Assembly: GCA_034926785.1 (NCBI GenBank)
Contig: JAYFQU010000027.1
Span: 11,400-75,399 of the forward strand
Source of the DNA: Christensenella sp.
GTDB lineage: Bacteria; Bacillota; Clostridia; Christensenellales; CAG-138
Direction: 5' to 3'
Length of the DNA: 64,000 bases
Shown here: in pieces, positions 28,754-37,310 of the stretch
Layout: each line of letters begins with the position of its first letter
Numbering within the stretch: the stretch's first letter is position 1
The notes under the pieces: generated by a model
What the model was told of the DNA's origin: nothing
Seen by the model: only the letters and a program-made list of their open reading frames with translations
Databases searched by the model: none
Program-made: the position numbers and the translations under genes

Positions 28754-30287
28754 GATACTCTTCTTCCGTATTGACACTCCAGAGAATCGCCTTGTCGGTC
28801 TCTTCCGCTTTCATCAGACGGACGGCCTCCATCGCGGTCAGCATGGAGTGGTCCATGTTGTTATAGCGGTGCTGCCCGTTTCTGCCGATGCAATATAGGT
28901 TGGAAAACCCGTCGAGATAAGCGCGTACCTCGTCAAACCTTCCATACGTACCGAAATATGCCGGATAGGCCTTTTTCACTCGGATATGTGTCGCATCCAG
29001 CACGTCTTCCCGGCGAATCATATCGATCTTTGCCAGTTCATCGACGGCATACGCAATAAACTCTTTTGAGGGCATGTTCCAAAGCTCATCCCCCTCGGAG
29101 CAAAAATACTCCAGCCCGATCCAGACCGTGTGTTCCAAGTCGTTCACCATATAGGGCGACCAGTTGTTAAAGATTTGCAAACGGCCGATCTTGACATCCC
29201 GCTCCTGAATATAGATCCAGCAGTCGGGGACGATATTGCCGACGGTCTTTAACCGCGTCGTGTTTTGAATACTCATTTTATTGAGCAGAAGGCCCACGGT
29301 GATGAAATCGCGATATGGCAGCCCGCCGGCAATCTCTTTCACATCCTGCGGAACGGCATTTCCCATCGCCGCCACGAGGTCCTTCACCGGCATGCTGGAG
29401 AAGAATGCGTCCGCTTGAAGCTCCTTCTCCCCGCCATTTTCTAATACGATGGCGGAGGTTAAACGCCCATCCTTCATACGCAAGCCCGTCACGCGCGAAT
29501 TGAACCGAATCTCTCCGCCCATTTCGACGATTTTATCTGCCATGAGCTCCCAGTATTGTCCCGGGCCTTTTTTCGGATAGAGATATTGCTCAATAAGCGA
29601 GGTCTCTTGCTTCTTCTGATCCTTTTGAAACGGCTTTATCAGCGCAGAAAACACAGCCTTGAGCAGGGACAACCCCTTAACCCGCTGCGCGCCCCAATCC
29701 GGAGAAATATGGGAAGGATGCACCCCCCAAAGCTTCTCTGTATAGTCCTCAAAAAACATGCGATAAAGCGGTTTTCCAAAGCGATTGATATAAAAGTCTT
29801 CCAGCGATTTCTCTTCGCGCTTGAACGCTGCGGCAAACAAGTACCCCAACCCCGCCTGTATGGTACGTTTCAGTCCCATATTCACAAACGTCTGCGCCTT
29901 GAGAGAAATGGGATAATCAAAAAACTTTCTTAAATAGAAAATACGCGAAACACGATTCCTGATCAGCATTACGGTTTCTTCCGTCTCCGGATCCGGTCCC
30001 CCCGGCGAGAACGGTTTTTCTCTGCCAAGCAGAATATCATCCTTCGCAGGTGCGCCCTGTACAGGCATCAGCTCGTTCCAGAGTGCCATTATCTCGTCGC
30101 TCTTGGAAAAAAAACGATGCCCGCCGATATCGATGCGGTTATTTTGATAAACGGCCGTACGCGATATGCCGCCGATAAACTCGGTTTCCTCCAGTATGAC
30201 CGGCACGCAGTCTGTTTCCCTGAGCATCGTATACGCGGCCGTAAGTCCGGCGGGACCCGCCCCAATGATAATTGCCTTCTTTTTCAT
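28731..30287 (-). CDS. NAD(P)/FAD-dependent oxidoreductase (amine-oxidase / UDP-galactopyranose-mutase-like fold)
   Basis: N-terminal Rossmann motif [16 protein letters not shown], 518 aa. This family commonly neighbours GtrA. Confidence 0.75.
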   Translation of the reverse strand: MKKKAIIIGAGPAGLTAAYTMLRETDCVPVILEETEFIGGISRTAVYQNNRIDIGGHRFFSKSDEIMALWNELMPVQGAPAKDDILLGREKPFSPGGPDPETEETVMLIRNRVSRIFYLRKFFDYPISLKAQTFVNMGLKRTIQAGLGYLFAAAFKREEKSLEDFYINRFGKPLYRMFFEDYTEKLWGVHPSHISPDWGAQRVKGLSLLKAVFSALIKPFQKDQKKQETSLIEQYLYPKKGPGQYWELMADKIVEMGGEIRFNSRVTGLRMKDGRLTSAIVLENGGEKELQADAFFSSMPVKDLVAAMGNAVPQDVKEIAGGLPYRDFITVGLLLNKMSIQNTTRLKTVGNIVPDCWIYIQERDVKIGRLQIFNNWSPYMVNDLEHTVWIGLEYFCSEGDELWNMPSKEFIAYAVDELAKIDMIRREDVLDATHIRVKKAYPAYFGTYGRFDEVRAYLDGFSNLYCIGRNGQHRYNNMDHSMLTAMEAVRLMKAEETDKAILWSVNTEEEYHEQKSAK

Positions 30288-30730
30288 CTCGACGGCCTTT
30301 CATCCTGAAATATCATTATTTTCCGCGCGCCGTAGTTCCAAAGCAGCACAACCGCAGCGACGAATAGTTTCACAATCATATAATGCACGCGCATGACCTG
30401 ATAGCCGACATACATTCCGCCCTCCGTCAGCAGAAGGCCAATGATCCCGATGATGGCGAACAGCAGGAAATCACCGACCGACTTGCCGCGGTTACGATCC
30501 TTTGCGCTCTGAAACACCCAATGCAGCGAAAGCAGATAATTATAGAGCAGCCCCCCAACGAATCCCAGCGCCGTAGCAAGATAAACCCCGATATCGCCGA
30601 GATTCTGAAACACGAAATGGCTAAACACATAGAGCAGGCTGTAGTCCACCAGGAAGGCCGTTCCGCCGACCACAAGATAGCGCGCGAATTCCTTCAGCAA
30701 TCGATTCCATTTTTCTTTATTCACGCGCAT
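30284..30730 (-). CDS. GtrA family protein
   Basis: Four TM helices with [20 protein letters not shown], the GtrA signature. ATG 30730 lies behind GGAGG. Confidence 0.85.
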   Translation of the reverse strand: MRVNKEKWNRLLKEFARYLVVGGTAFLVDYSLLYVFSHFVFQNLGDIGVYLATALGFVGGLLYNYLLSLHWVFQSAKDRNRGKSVGDFLLFAIIGIIGLLLTEGGMYVGYQVMRVHYMIVKLFVAAVVLLWNYGARKIMIFQDERPSR

Positions 30731-30802
30731 GGTTCGCCTCCTGTCAATAGCATAAAAGATGGTCGGATCCATCCCGCGACGCAACCTGGGATAAATCGGG
30801 CA

Positions 30803-31213
30803 TCAGTTGCGCTGGAATCCGAGATATCGCGTCCCTTGAAACGTAAGCTGTCCCTTATCCCCTTCCGCAAGCAGGCCGTATTCGCTGTCCCGCACATGAA
30901 ACTCCGTGCGGTCACCGCTCAGCACCTCAAACGTAACATAGTAGGTTGTGGCGGAGTATCCGAACTCTTGCATATGGTTCGTTCCCGCCGTGTTATGATG
31001 ATAGCTCACGTCGGATCGTTTAGCGACGATGCTTGCCTCCACCGTCAACACGGGGGAATCGTTGTTGCGTTTCCATTGCCGCGCACCCTGGGCCACACGC
31101 CAGATCATTAAGCCGATGACGATGGCAAAAAAGATCGTAAAAAAGATCGGCAGCACCGAGAACATGAAACCTGCGCCTTGAAACGGATCGAGATACATAC
31201 GAGATAACTCCAT
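30803..31213 (-). CDS. DUF2500 domain protein (N-terminal TM anchor)
   Basis: YYVTFEVLSGDRTEFHVRDSEYGLLAEGDKGQLTFQGTRYLGF matches DUF2500. The ORF stays open upstream into a GNAT remnant; ATG 31213 or 31198 is the likely start. Confidence 0.75.
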   Translation of the reverse strand: MELSRMYLDPFQGAGFMFSVLPIFFTIFFAIVIGLMIWRVAQGARQWKRNNDSPVLTVEASIVAKRSDVSYHHNTAGTNHMQEFGYSATTYYVTFEVLSGDRTEFHVRDSEYGLLAEGDKGQLTFQGTRYLGFQRN

Positions 31214-31713
31214 TTTACAAACCTTTTCAGTTATTGCGTCAAATGATAAGCACAAATAGCTATTTTCTTCGTCTAATTGGAACCCTAGTGATCTAAACGC
31301 ACCTGAGGACGCCGTGCTTTCCTCATTCGGCTGAACAATAACGAGTTTTACATTCGGAAGTTGCCGGATTTTTCCGAGAAGAAGTGGCAGCATCCCTGGG
31401 TCATAGTCCTTGCTAAGGTGCTTCGCATCGCCAGTCAGATCGTCAATGCTGAATGACGCTTCCAGCGGAATAAAGCCGTGCCAGACTTCCCCGCTGTTGC
31501 GAAATTCATAATATCGGCAGAAACCAACCGCTTCTCCATTCCGTTCTGCAATAAATGATGGAGCCACGGATATTCTTCCGTCTGGTGCTCCACTTCGTAG
31601 ATCCAGTCCTCCGGTTCCCGATACCAAGCCGTAATATGTTGAAGCCTCAACCGTGCGGCAAACAGCACTGTGTCAGCCTGCTCCAAGCGCAGCAGGTTGA
31701 TCGTTTCCCACAT
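31214..31713 (-). pseudogene. GNAT-like acetyltransferase disrupted by a 1-nt frameshift near 31555-31560 and lacking its own stop
   Basis: Frame A (31713 downward) reads MWETINLLRLEQAD...EEYPWLHH. Frame B continues ...FIAERNGEAVGFCRYYEF...GAFRSLGFQLDEE. The switch occurs at CATCATTTATTGC. Frame B runs in frame into the DUF2500 gene. Confidence 0.6.
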
Positions 31714-31853
31714 GCCGCAGCCTCCAGCCGGATCAGATCATTAAGAGTATATCAGAAATTCTACCCGCTGGGCGAATAACCTGTTTAAATAGTTGAACCA
31801 GCGCGTCGCCGCAATGACCGTCTATCCAAAAAGAATCCGCAGATCTGCGGGTT

Positions 31854-32024
31854 CAGCCCATCGACAAAGTCCTGCGGACTCTGCCGATGGGTTTTACTTT
31901 GGGTTAAAATGACGCGAATCGCGCCATTTTTTCACAAATTCGGCGAATAAATCGCCAAATTTGAAGGAACATGAGGGATTTTCGAAATCCCCCAAACCCC
32001 CTACTGGGTTTGTTGATGCTCTGC
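31854..32024 (-). mobile_element. Family-X MITE-like structured repeat, copy 1 (171 bp)
   Basis: Plus strand CAGCCCATCGAC...GTTGATGCTCTGC with 12-nt imperfect TIRs. Bracketed by 24-nt direct repeats AAAGAAYCCGCAGATCTGCGGGTT at 31830-31853 and 32025-32048. ~96% identical to 40827-40996. Confidence 0.75.
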
Positions 32025-32065
32025 AAAGAACCCGCAGATCTGCGGGTTCTTTGGCGGGCAATCGA

Positions 32066-33112
32066 CTATAAGGAGCGGTATTTTTTTAGAACCTGAATGT
32101 TCAGCAAGAAAAACAGCAGCGTAAAGCCAAGCATAACGGCCAAATCGAGCGCAACGTTTTCAAGCCCCGCGCCTTGCAGCATCACCTTTCTCAACGCGTC
32201 CGCTCCATAGGTCAGCGGGAATATCTTCGACAAATATTGTAAAAAAAGGGGCGACTCTCTAAGGTTAAACAAGCCGCAGAACATTACCTGCGGAATGATA
32301 ACAATCGGGATAAACTGAAACAGCTGAAATTCATTTCTTGCAAATGCGGAAAACAGCGTTCCCATAGCAAGCGAAGTGCCCGCGATGGCAAGATTGATCA
32401 GCAGCACAAGCGGGAAGTCTGTCTCCGTATGAACCTTGAGCACGTATACCAAAAAGAGCTGAATCACAACCGTTTGCAGAGCAGCGAACAAACCAAAGCC
32501 AAGAAAGTATCCAAAGACCAATTGTCCCCTGCGCAAGGATGAGACCAGAATTCGATCCAGCGTGCCGCTGATTCGCTCCCGTAAAAAAGCGATGCCCGCC
32601 AGCAGAAACACCAAAAAGAAGATGATAAAACCCATCATGCTCGGCGCGAGAAAGTCAAACTGCTCAAAATCTTCCGCGCCATGATATCGTTCCACCTTTG
32701 GCGGCTGAAACAGCCCCTTTGCCTGCGCGGAAATTTGCCGCGGCATGGAGGCCATCGCTTTTTCCTGAGCATATTGCAGAAACGCGCGTTTTGCAAGCAT
32801 CGTGAGGGAAGGATCCGTCCCTTCGGCCACATACTTGTCGCCTGCTATATAGCCGTCGCTCCTCCCTGCTTGCATACGGTCAATTGCTTCCTGTTCGTCA
32901 GTAACAAGCGTAATCTTCGCAATATCCCGCATCGCCTCGGATTCTACATAATCGTTCGAAACGACGTCTATATTTGCCGTCGTGACGCCGTTGCCCAATA
33001 GCAGGTAGAGCAGCGTCATGATTAGCACGGGTGCAATCAGCATAACAACCAGCGTACGCTTATCTCCCGCAATTTGGCGAATCAGCCGGCCCGCTATCAC
33101 GAATATCTTCAT
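32066..33112 (-). CDS. ABC-2 type transporter permease
   Basis: Start trimmed to ATG 33112 (MKIFVIAGRLIRQ), which overlaps the ATPase stop as ATGA. N-terminal TM, a large loop, then 5 C-terminal TM helices. Confidence 0.88.
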   Translation of the reverse strand: MKIFVIAGRLIRQIAGDKRTLVVMLIAPVLIMTLLYLLLGNGVTTANIDVVSNDYVESEAMRDIAKITLVTDEQEAIDRMQAGRSDGYIAGDKYVAEGTDPSLTMLAKRAFLQYAQEKAMASMPRQISAQAKGLFQPPKVERYHGAEDFEQFDFLAPSMMGFIIFFLVFLLAGIAFLRERISGTLDRILVSSLRRGQLVFGYFLGFGLFAALQTVVIQLFLVYVLKVHTETDFPLVLLINLAIAGTSLAMGTLFSAFARNEFQLFQFIPIVIIPQVMFCGLFNLRESPLFLQYLSKIFPLTYGADALRKVMLQGAGLENVALDLAVMLGFTLLFFLLNIQVLKKYRSL

Positions 33113-33846
33113 GCCGCGCCGCCTTTCGTTCCGCTGCGCTTTGCTGATTCGATAAACGTCGCTTCCAGCGTTCCAAACACGGTCTTTGCCTTTAGTGCAT
33201 CCGGCGTTCCGTCCTGAATAATCTTTCCATCTCGCAACAGAATCAATCGGTCGCACTTCTCCGCCTCGTCCATGACGTGCGTGGTCACGATAATCGCCCG
33301 GCCGAGCCCTTTAAGCCGCCGAAACTCCGCCCAGAAAAGTTCCCGCAGCACAGGATCAATCCCGACCGTCGGCTCGTCCAGAACGATCACATCCGGGTCG
33401 CCGATCAACGCCGCAGTCAACGACAGGCGCCGCTTCATCCCGCCGGAGTAGAACACCGCCTTCTTGTTTTCATCCCGATCCAGCTCCACAAGGCGCATCA
33501 GGTCGTGCGCCTGATCGGTAGCGGCGCGCTTTGTCATCCCTTTAAGCCGCGCAAAGAACACGAGATTTTCCAGCCCGGTCAGGTCTTCGTAGAGTGCGTC
33601 CTGCTGAGCCATATAGCCGATATGGTCCATCTGCTTTAGATTTGGCATCTTGACCCCCTGAATGCCGATCTCTCCCGCCTCCAGACGCAATGTGCCAAGC
33701 AGGCATTTCACAAGCGTCGTCTTCCCCGCGCCGGAAGGGCCAAGGACGCCGAGTATCTCCCCCTGCTGTAAAGATAAATCCACGCTGCGCAGCACCTCTT
33801 CGCTGCCGAAGCGTTTGACCAGATGTTGTGCCGCAATCACCTGCAT
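33109..33846 (-). CDS. ABC transporter ATP-binding protein
   Basis: Walker A GPSGAGKTT, signature YSGGMKRRL, Walker B VIVLDEP. Confidence 0.93.
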   Translation of the reverse strand: MQVIAAQHLVKRFGSEEVLRSVDLSLQQGEILGVLGPSGAGKTTLVKCLLGTLRLEAGEIGIQGVKMPNLKQMDHIGYMAQQDALYEDLTGLENLVFFARLKGMTKRAATDQAHDLMRLVELDRDENKKAVFYSGGMKRRLSLTAALIGDPDVIVLDEPTVGIDPVLRELFWAEFRRLKGLGRAIIVTTHVMDEAEKCDRLILLRDGKIIQDGTPDALKAKTVFGTLEATFIESAKRSGTKGGAA

Positions 33847-34484
33847 CGCTCATTCCATCCTTTCATGATACAATCCAAAAATCGCGCGACTTCCATAACA
33901 TCGCCCGAACCCGGCGTTCCGCCAAACATCGTATACGTGAGGATAAAACCCATCAGCTGCAGCATCGCCAGATGCGGATCGAGTTCGGACGAAATCTCCC
34001 CGCGCGGTTTTCCGTAGTCAATCACCTTCGTCACATACTGCTCAATCATCGGCATTATGGTCTCGCGCATTTGTTGGAGCAGCGGCGCGCGGTGGATCAG
34101 CTCCGGCAGAACGGATTTGATAAACCGCTCATTCTCTCGAATTACCTGAATGCGATCCAGTATAATCGCCTGAAAGATATCCCGCGCCGGCGCATCGTTA
34201 TACTCAATTAAAATCTGGTCGATCGGTTTGCTGATCTTCGGCAGCATCACGCGAATCAACAGCGGAACCATACGCTCTAAAATCGCATTCTTCGTTGGAA
34301 AATAGCGAAAAATCGTGCCCTCCGCTATGCCGGCGCGCTCGGCAATCTCTCTTGTACGCGTTGCCTCAAACCCTTTTTCCGAAAAGGCGTTGATCGCTGC
34401 ATTGATGATTTTAATTTCTTTGTCGGGCGAATTCTCGATATAGTCATGCAAGAACTCCGAGATATCGTAGCTGCTCTTCTGCAA
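33837..34484 (-). CDS. TetR/AcrR family transcriptional regulator
   Basis: INAAINAFSEKGFEATRTREIAERAGIAEGTIFRYF is the TetR HTH. It overlaps the ABC ATPase start by 10 nt. Confidence 0.9.
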   Translation of the reverse strand: MQKSSYDISEFLHDYIENSPDKEIKIINAAINAFSEKGFEATRTREIAERAGIAEGTIFRYFPTKNAILERMVPLLIRVMLPKISKPIDQILIEYNDAPARDIFQAIILDRIQVIRENERFIKSVLPELIHRAPLLQQMRETIMPMIEQYVTKVIDYGKPRGEISSELDPHLAMLQLMGFILTYTMFGGTPGSGDVMEVARFLDCIMKGWNERCR

Positions 34485-34564
34485 TGAAATCCCTCCATAT
34501 CAAGCAATGAGTGATTACTCACTCATGCTATTACAAAACAAAAGGCATGTCAATCGCATGCCTT

Positions 34565-34756
34565 CAGCCTGTTAAAAAAGTCTCGGGATTGTTAAGGCCG
34601 CGGCCTTACCCCATCGGTTCCGGCTGCGGTGGCTTTGCCGCCGCAACGGATCGCCCGGAATCGGGCGTTTCTTCGCAGCTCTTTGCCGTTCGGAGTCCGG
34701 AGGACGGGAGGCAAAGAGCGGTTGCCCCGTCAAAAAACTCTTTTTTTGACGGCCTC
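34565..34756 (-). mobile_element. Family-Y MITE-like structured repeat, copy B (192 bp)
   Basis: Plus strand CAGCCTGTTAAAAAAG...CTCTTTTTTTGACGGCCTC (imperfect TIR). Bracketed by perfect 23-nt direct repeats AAGGCATGTCAATCGCATGCCTT at 34542-34564 and 34757-34779. Confidence 0.75.
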
Positions 34757-34792
34757 AAGGCATGTCAATCGCATGCCTTGTTGTTTAGCAGG

Positions 34793-36388
34793 TTAGTTTT
34801 CGCTGGCAGGAGCGATATCAAGGAACTTCACATCCTTGTTCTTCTCTTCCATTCGGCTCAACGACCATTCATTTTTATAGAGTACCACCGGGCGCTGATA
34901 TTGATCCTCTAGCAGCATTGTGTCCGTATACGCCAGCATATCTTTATTGAAGTGGTCCGTCACCACCCAGCGCGCGAGCTGATACGGCAGGTTACGGATG
35001 CTGACTTCGACGTTGTATTCGTTCTTGAGCCGATATTCCAGCACCTCAAACTGAAGCGCGCCCGCAACGCCTATGGTATACATTTCGATGCCGAGATCGG
35101 GTTGCTTGAAGAGCTGAATCGCACCTTCCTCGGAGATTTGCTTGATCCCCTTTAGAAACTGTTTCCGCTTACCGGAATCGATGGTATGCACCTCGGCAAA
35201 ATGCTCCGAGGGGAACATCGGAATCCCTTCAAATCGAAACGCATTCTTTCCGCCGCAGAGCGTATCGCCAATCAGGAAGCAACCGGGATCAAATACGCCG
35301 ATGATATCGCCCGCATAGGCTTCCTCCACACTGATGCGCTCCTGCGCCAGAAACTGTTGAGACTGGGCAAGCCGCAGGGTTTTGTTCGTACGCTGGTGAA
35401 CAACCTCCATGCCTTTTTCAAATTTGCCGGAGCAGATTCGCATAAAGGCAATGCGATCTCGGTGCGCGGGATCCATATTTGCCTGAATTTTAAATACAAA
35501 GCCGGAGAAGTCATCGCTATCCGGCGCAATGCTGCCGTCGCTGTGCTGTTTGACGCCCGGGGACGGCGCCATCTGAATAAACGCCTCCAGAAACGGACGC
35601 ACGCCAAAGTTCGTCATCGCGCTGCCAAAGAACATCGGCGTCAACTCGCCCGCGCGCACCTTGTCCATGTCCAGCTCGTCACCGGCAATCTCCAGCAGTT
35701 CGATTTCCTCAAGCAGTTTATCGTAGAGGTGATCCCCCAGCAGTGCGCGAAACCGCGGATCGTCTACATCGCCGGAGTCGGACTGCGTCGTCTCCTGTCC
35801 GTGGCTTCCGCCTTCGAATAGCTCAATTCGCCTCGTTGTGCGATCATAGACCCCCCGAAAATCGCCATCAATGCCGATCGGCCAATTCATTGGATAGGAC
35901 CGGATCCCAAGTACGGATTCGATCTCCTCCATCAGCGCGAGCGGGTTTTTGCAGAAGCGATCCAGCTTATTGACGAATGTGAAAATTGGCACGCCGAACA
36001 TACGGCAGACATGGAAGAGCTTCTTCGTCTGCTCCTCAACGCCCTTTGCGCCGTCGATGAGCATGACCGCGCTGTCCGCCGCCGTCAGCGTTCGATAGGT
36101 GTCCTCACTAAAATCCTGATGCCCTGGGGTGTCGAGAATGTTGATTCGAAACCCCTGATAATCAAAATTGAGTACGCTGGAGGTGACGGAAATTCCCCTC
36201 TGCTTCTCGATTTCCATCCAGTCGGATACGGCGAACTTGCTCGCCTTTCGCCCTTTGACCGTTCCCGCGAGGCGAATCGCCCCGCCGAAGAGCAGCAGCT
36301 TCTCCGTGAGCGTCGTTTTGCCCGCGTCCGGGTGGGATATGATCGCAAATGTCTTTCTGCGGTTTACTTCGTTCGTCAAACTACCCAT
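34793..36388 (-). CDS. prfC: Peptide chain release factor 3
   Basis: RRKTFAIISHPDAGKTTLTEKLL, DTPGHQDF, 531 aa. Confidence 0.95.
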   Translation of the reverse strand: MGSLTNEVNRRKTFAIISHPDAGKTTLTEKLLLFGGAIRLAGTVKGRKASKFAVSDWMEIEKQRGISVTSSVLNFDYQGFRINILDTPGHQDFSEDTYRTLTAADSAVMLIDGAKGVEEQTKKLFHVCRMFGVPIFTFVNKLDRFCKNPLALMEEIESVLGIRSYPMNWPIGIDGDFRGVYDRTTRRIELFEGGSHGQETTQSDSGDVDDPRFRALLGDHLYDKLLEEIELLEIAGDELDMDKVRAGELTPMFFGSAMTNFGVRPFLEAFIQMAPSPGVKQHSDGSIAPDSDDFSGFVFKIQANMDPAHRDRIAFMRICSGKFEKGMEVVHQRTNKTLRLAQSQQFLAQERISVEEAYAGDIIGVFDPGCFLIGDTLCGGKNAFRFEGIPMFPSEHFAEVHTIDSGKRKQFLKGIKQISEEGAIQLFKQPDLGIEMYTIGVAGALQFEVLEYRLKNEYNVEVSIRNLPYQLARWVVTDHFNKDMLAYTDTMLLEDQYQRPVVLYKNEWSLSRMEEKNKDVKFLDIAPASEN

Positions 36389-36499
36389 TTTTCAGCGTTT
36401 CCTTATCTCTTCATCATCTCTTCAGCCCGATGGTACCCGGCGCAAAGCCCCATTTGAATGCGCCGTTCCTACAAAAAAAACAACAAACCTCATCTTGTC

Positions 36500-36531
36500 A
36501 AAAAAAGAGCCCCGCCTTGTGTAAGACGGGG
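36500..36531 (-). terminator. Rho-independent terminator after tRNA-Ala
   Basis: Minus strand reads CCCCGTC-ttacacaa-GGCGGGG followed by CTCTTTTTTT. Confidence 0.8.
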
Positions 36532-36541
36532 TTCTAATACT

Positions 36542-36617
36542 TGGTGGAGCATGGGGGATTCGAACCCCCGACCTCAACATTGCGAACGTTGCGCGCTACC
36601 AACTGTGCTAATGCCCC
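36542..36617 (-). tRNA. tRNA-Ala (anticodon CGC)
   Basis: Reverse complement GGGGCATTAGCACAGTTGGTAGCGCGCAACGTTCGCAATGTTGAGGTCGGGGGTTCGAATCCCCCATGCTCCACCA folds as a cloverleaf. It has the G3:U70 Ala identity pair, anticodon loop TTCGCAA and an encoded CCA. Confidence 0.93.
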
Positions 36618-36722
36618 AAGCCGCTTGATTATGATACAACAAGACCTATCAAAATGCAAGAGCTTTTCGGCAATTTTTTAAGCGTCTTTTTTAATCTTTT
36701 TTGCTTCCAAAAAAGCGCTCGA

Positions 36723-37280
36723 TCAGAGCCGTTGATCTCCCGTTGCTTCCGCTTCAGCCGGCTTCGGCGTCTGCGTTTCCGGTGCAGGAACCGCCTGCGC
36801 TTGCGGCGCGGAGACAGGTTTCTTCTCGCTCGCGGTATATTTAGAGAGATCCGCCGGAGCGGTCTGTTGACCGGCCAGTTCCGTAACCGCAGGCTTTTTT
36901 ACACTGCGTTTAAGCAGAGCCGCGAGCAAATAAAGAAATGGCAAAATAACCGCGATCAGGTTCTTCCAATAAAGCGCAAAGGTATCCCCCGCGAGCAGAT
37001 TAATAATCAGCGGTACGGCGGCGATTGCAAACAGAATCAATCCGATGAGGCGGCACCGTTTCAGATTTTTGCTCACGAGACCAAAGATGCCCGCAAAGAT
37101 GCCAAGCATTCCTTCTACTACAAGGAATACCGAATCGGTTGCCAAGCGAAATGTTAATTGCGTTTCCGCATTGGTGAGTTGATAGATCGCAACCCCGATC
37201 ATACCGAGGCCGAATATGAGATAGACCCAGCTCATCACGAGCAGGAACGATGCGGCACGCGGCTGTTCTTTTTGTTGCAT
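36723..37280 (-). CDS. Hypothetical membrane protein (4 TM helices, Pro/Ala-rich tail)
   Basis: 185 aa with hydrophobic segments. No family recognised. Confidence 0.55.
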   Translation of the reverse strand: MQQKEQPRAASFLLVMSWVYLIFGLGMIGVAIYQLTNAETQLTFRLATDSVFLVVEGMLGIFAGIFGLVSKNLKRCRLIGLILFAIAAVPLIINLLAGDTFALYWKNLIAVILPFLYLLAALLKRSVKKPAVTELAGQQTAPADLSKYTASEKKPVSAPQAQAVPAPETQTPKPAEAEATGDQRL

Positions 37281-37310
37281 CGGTGTTTTCCTCCTAATTC
37301 CCCGGATAAA

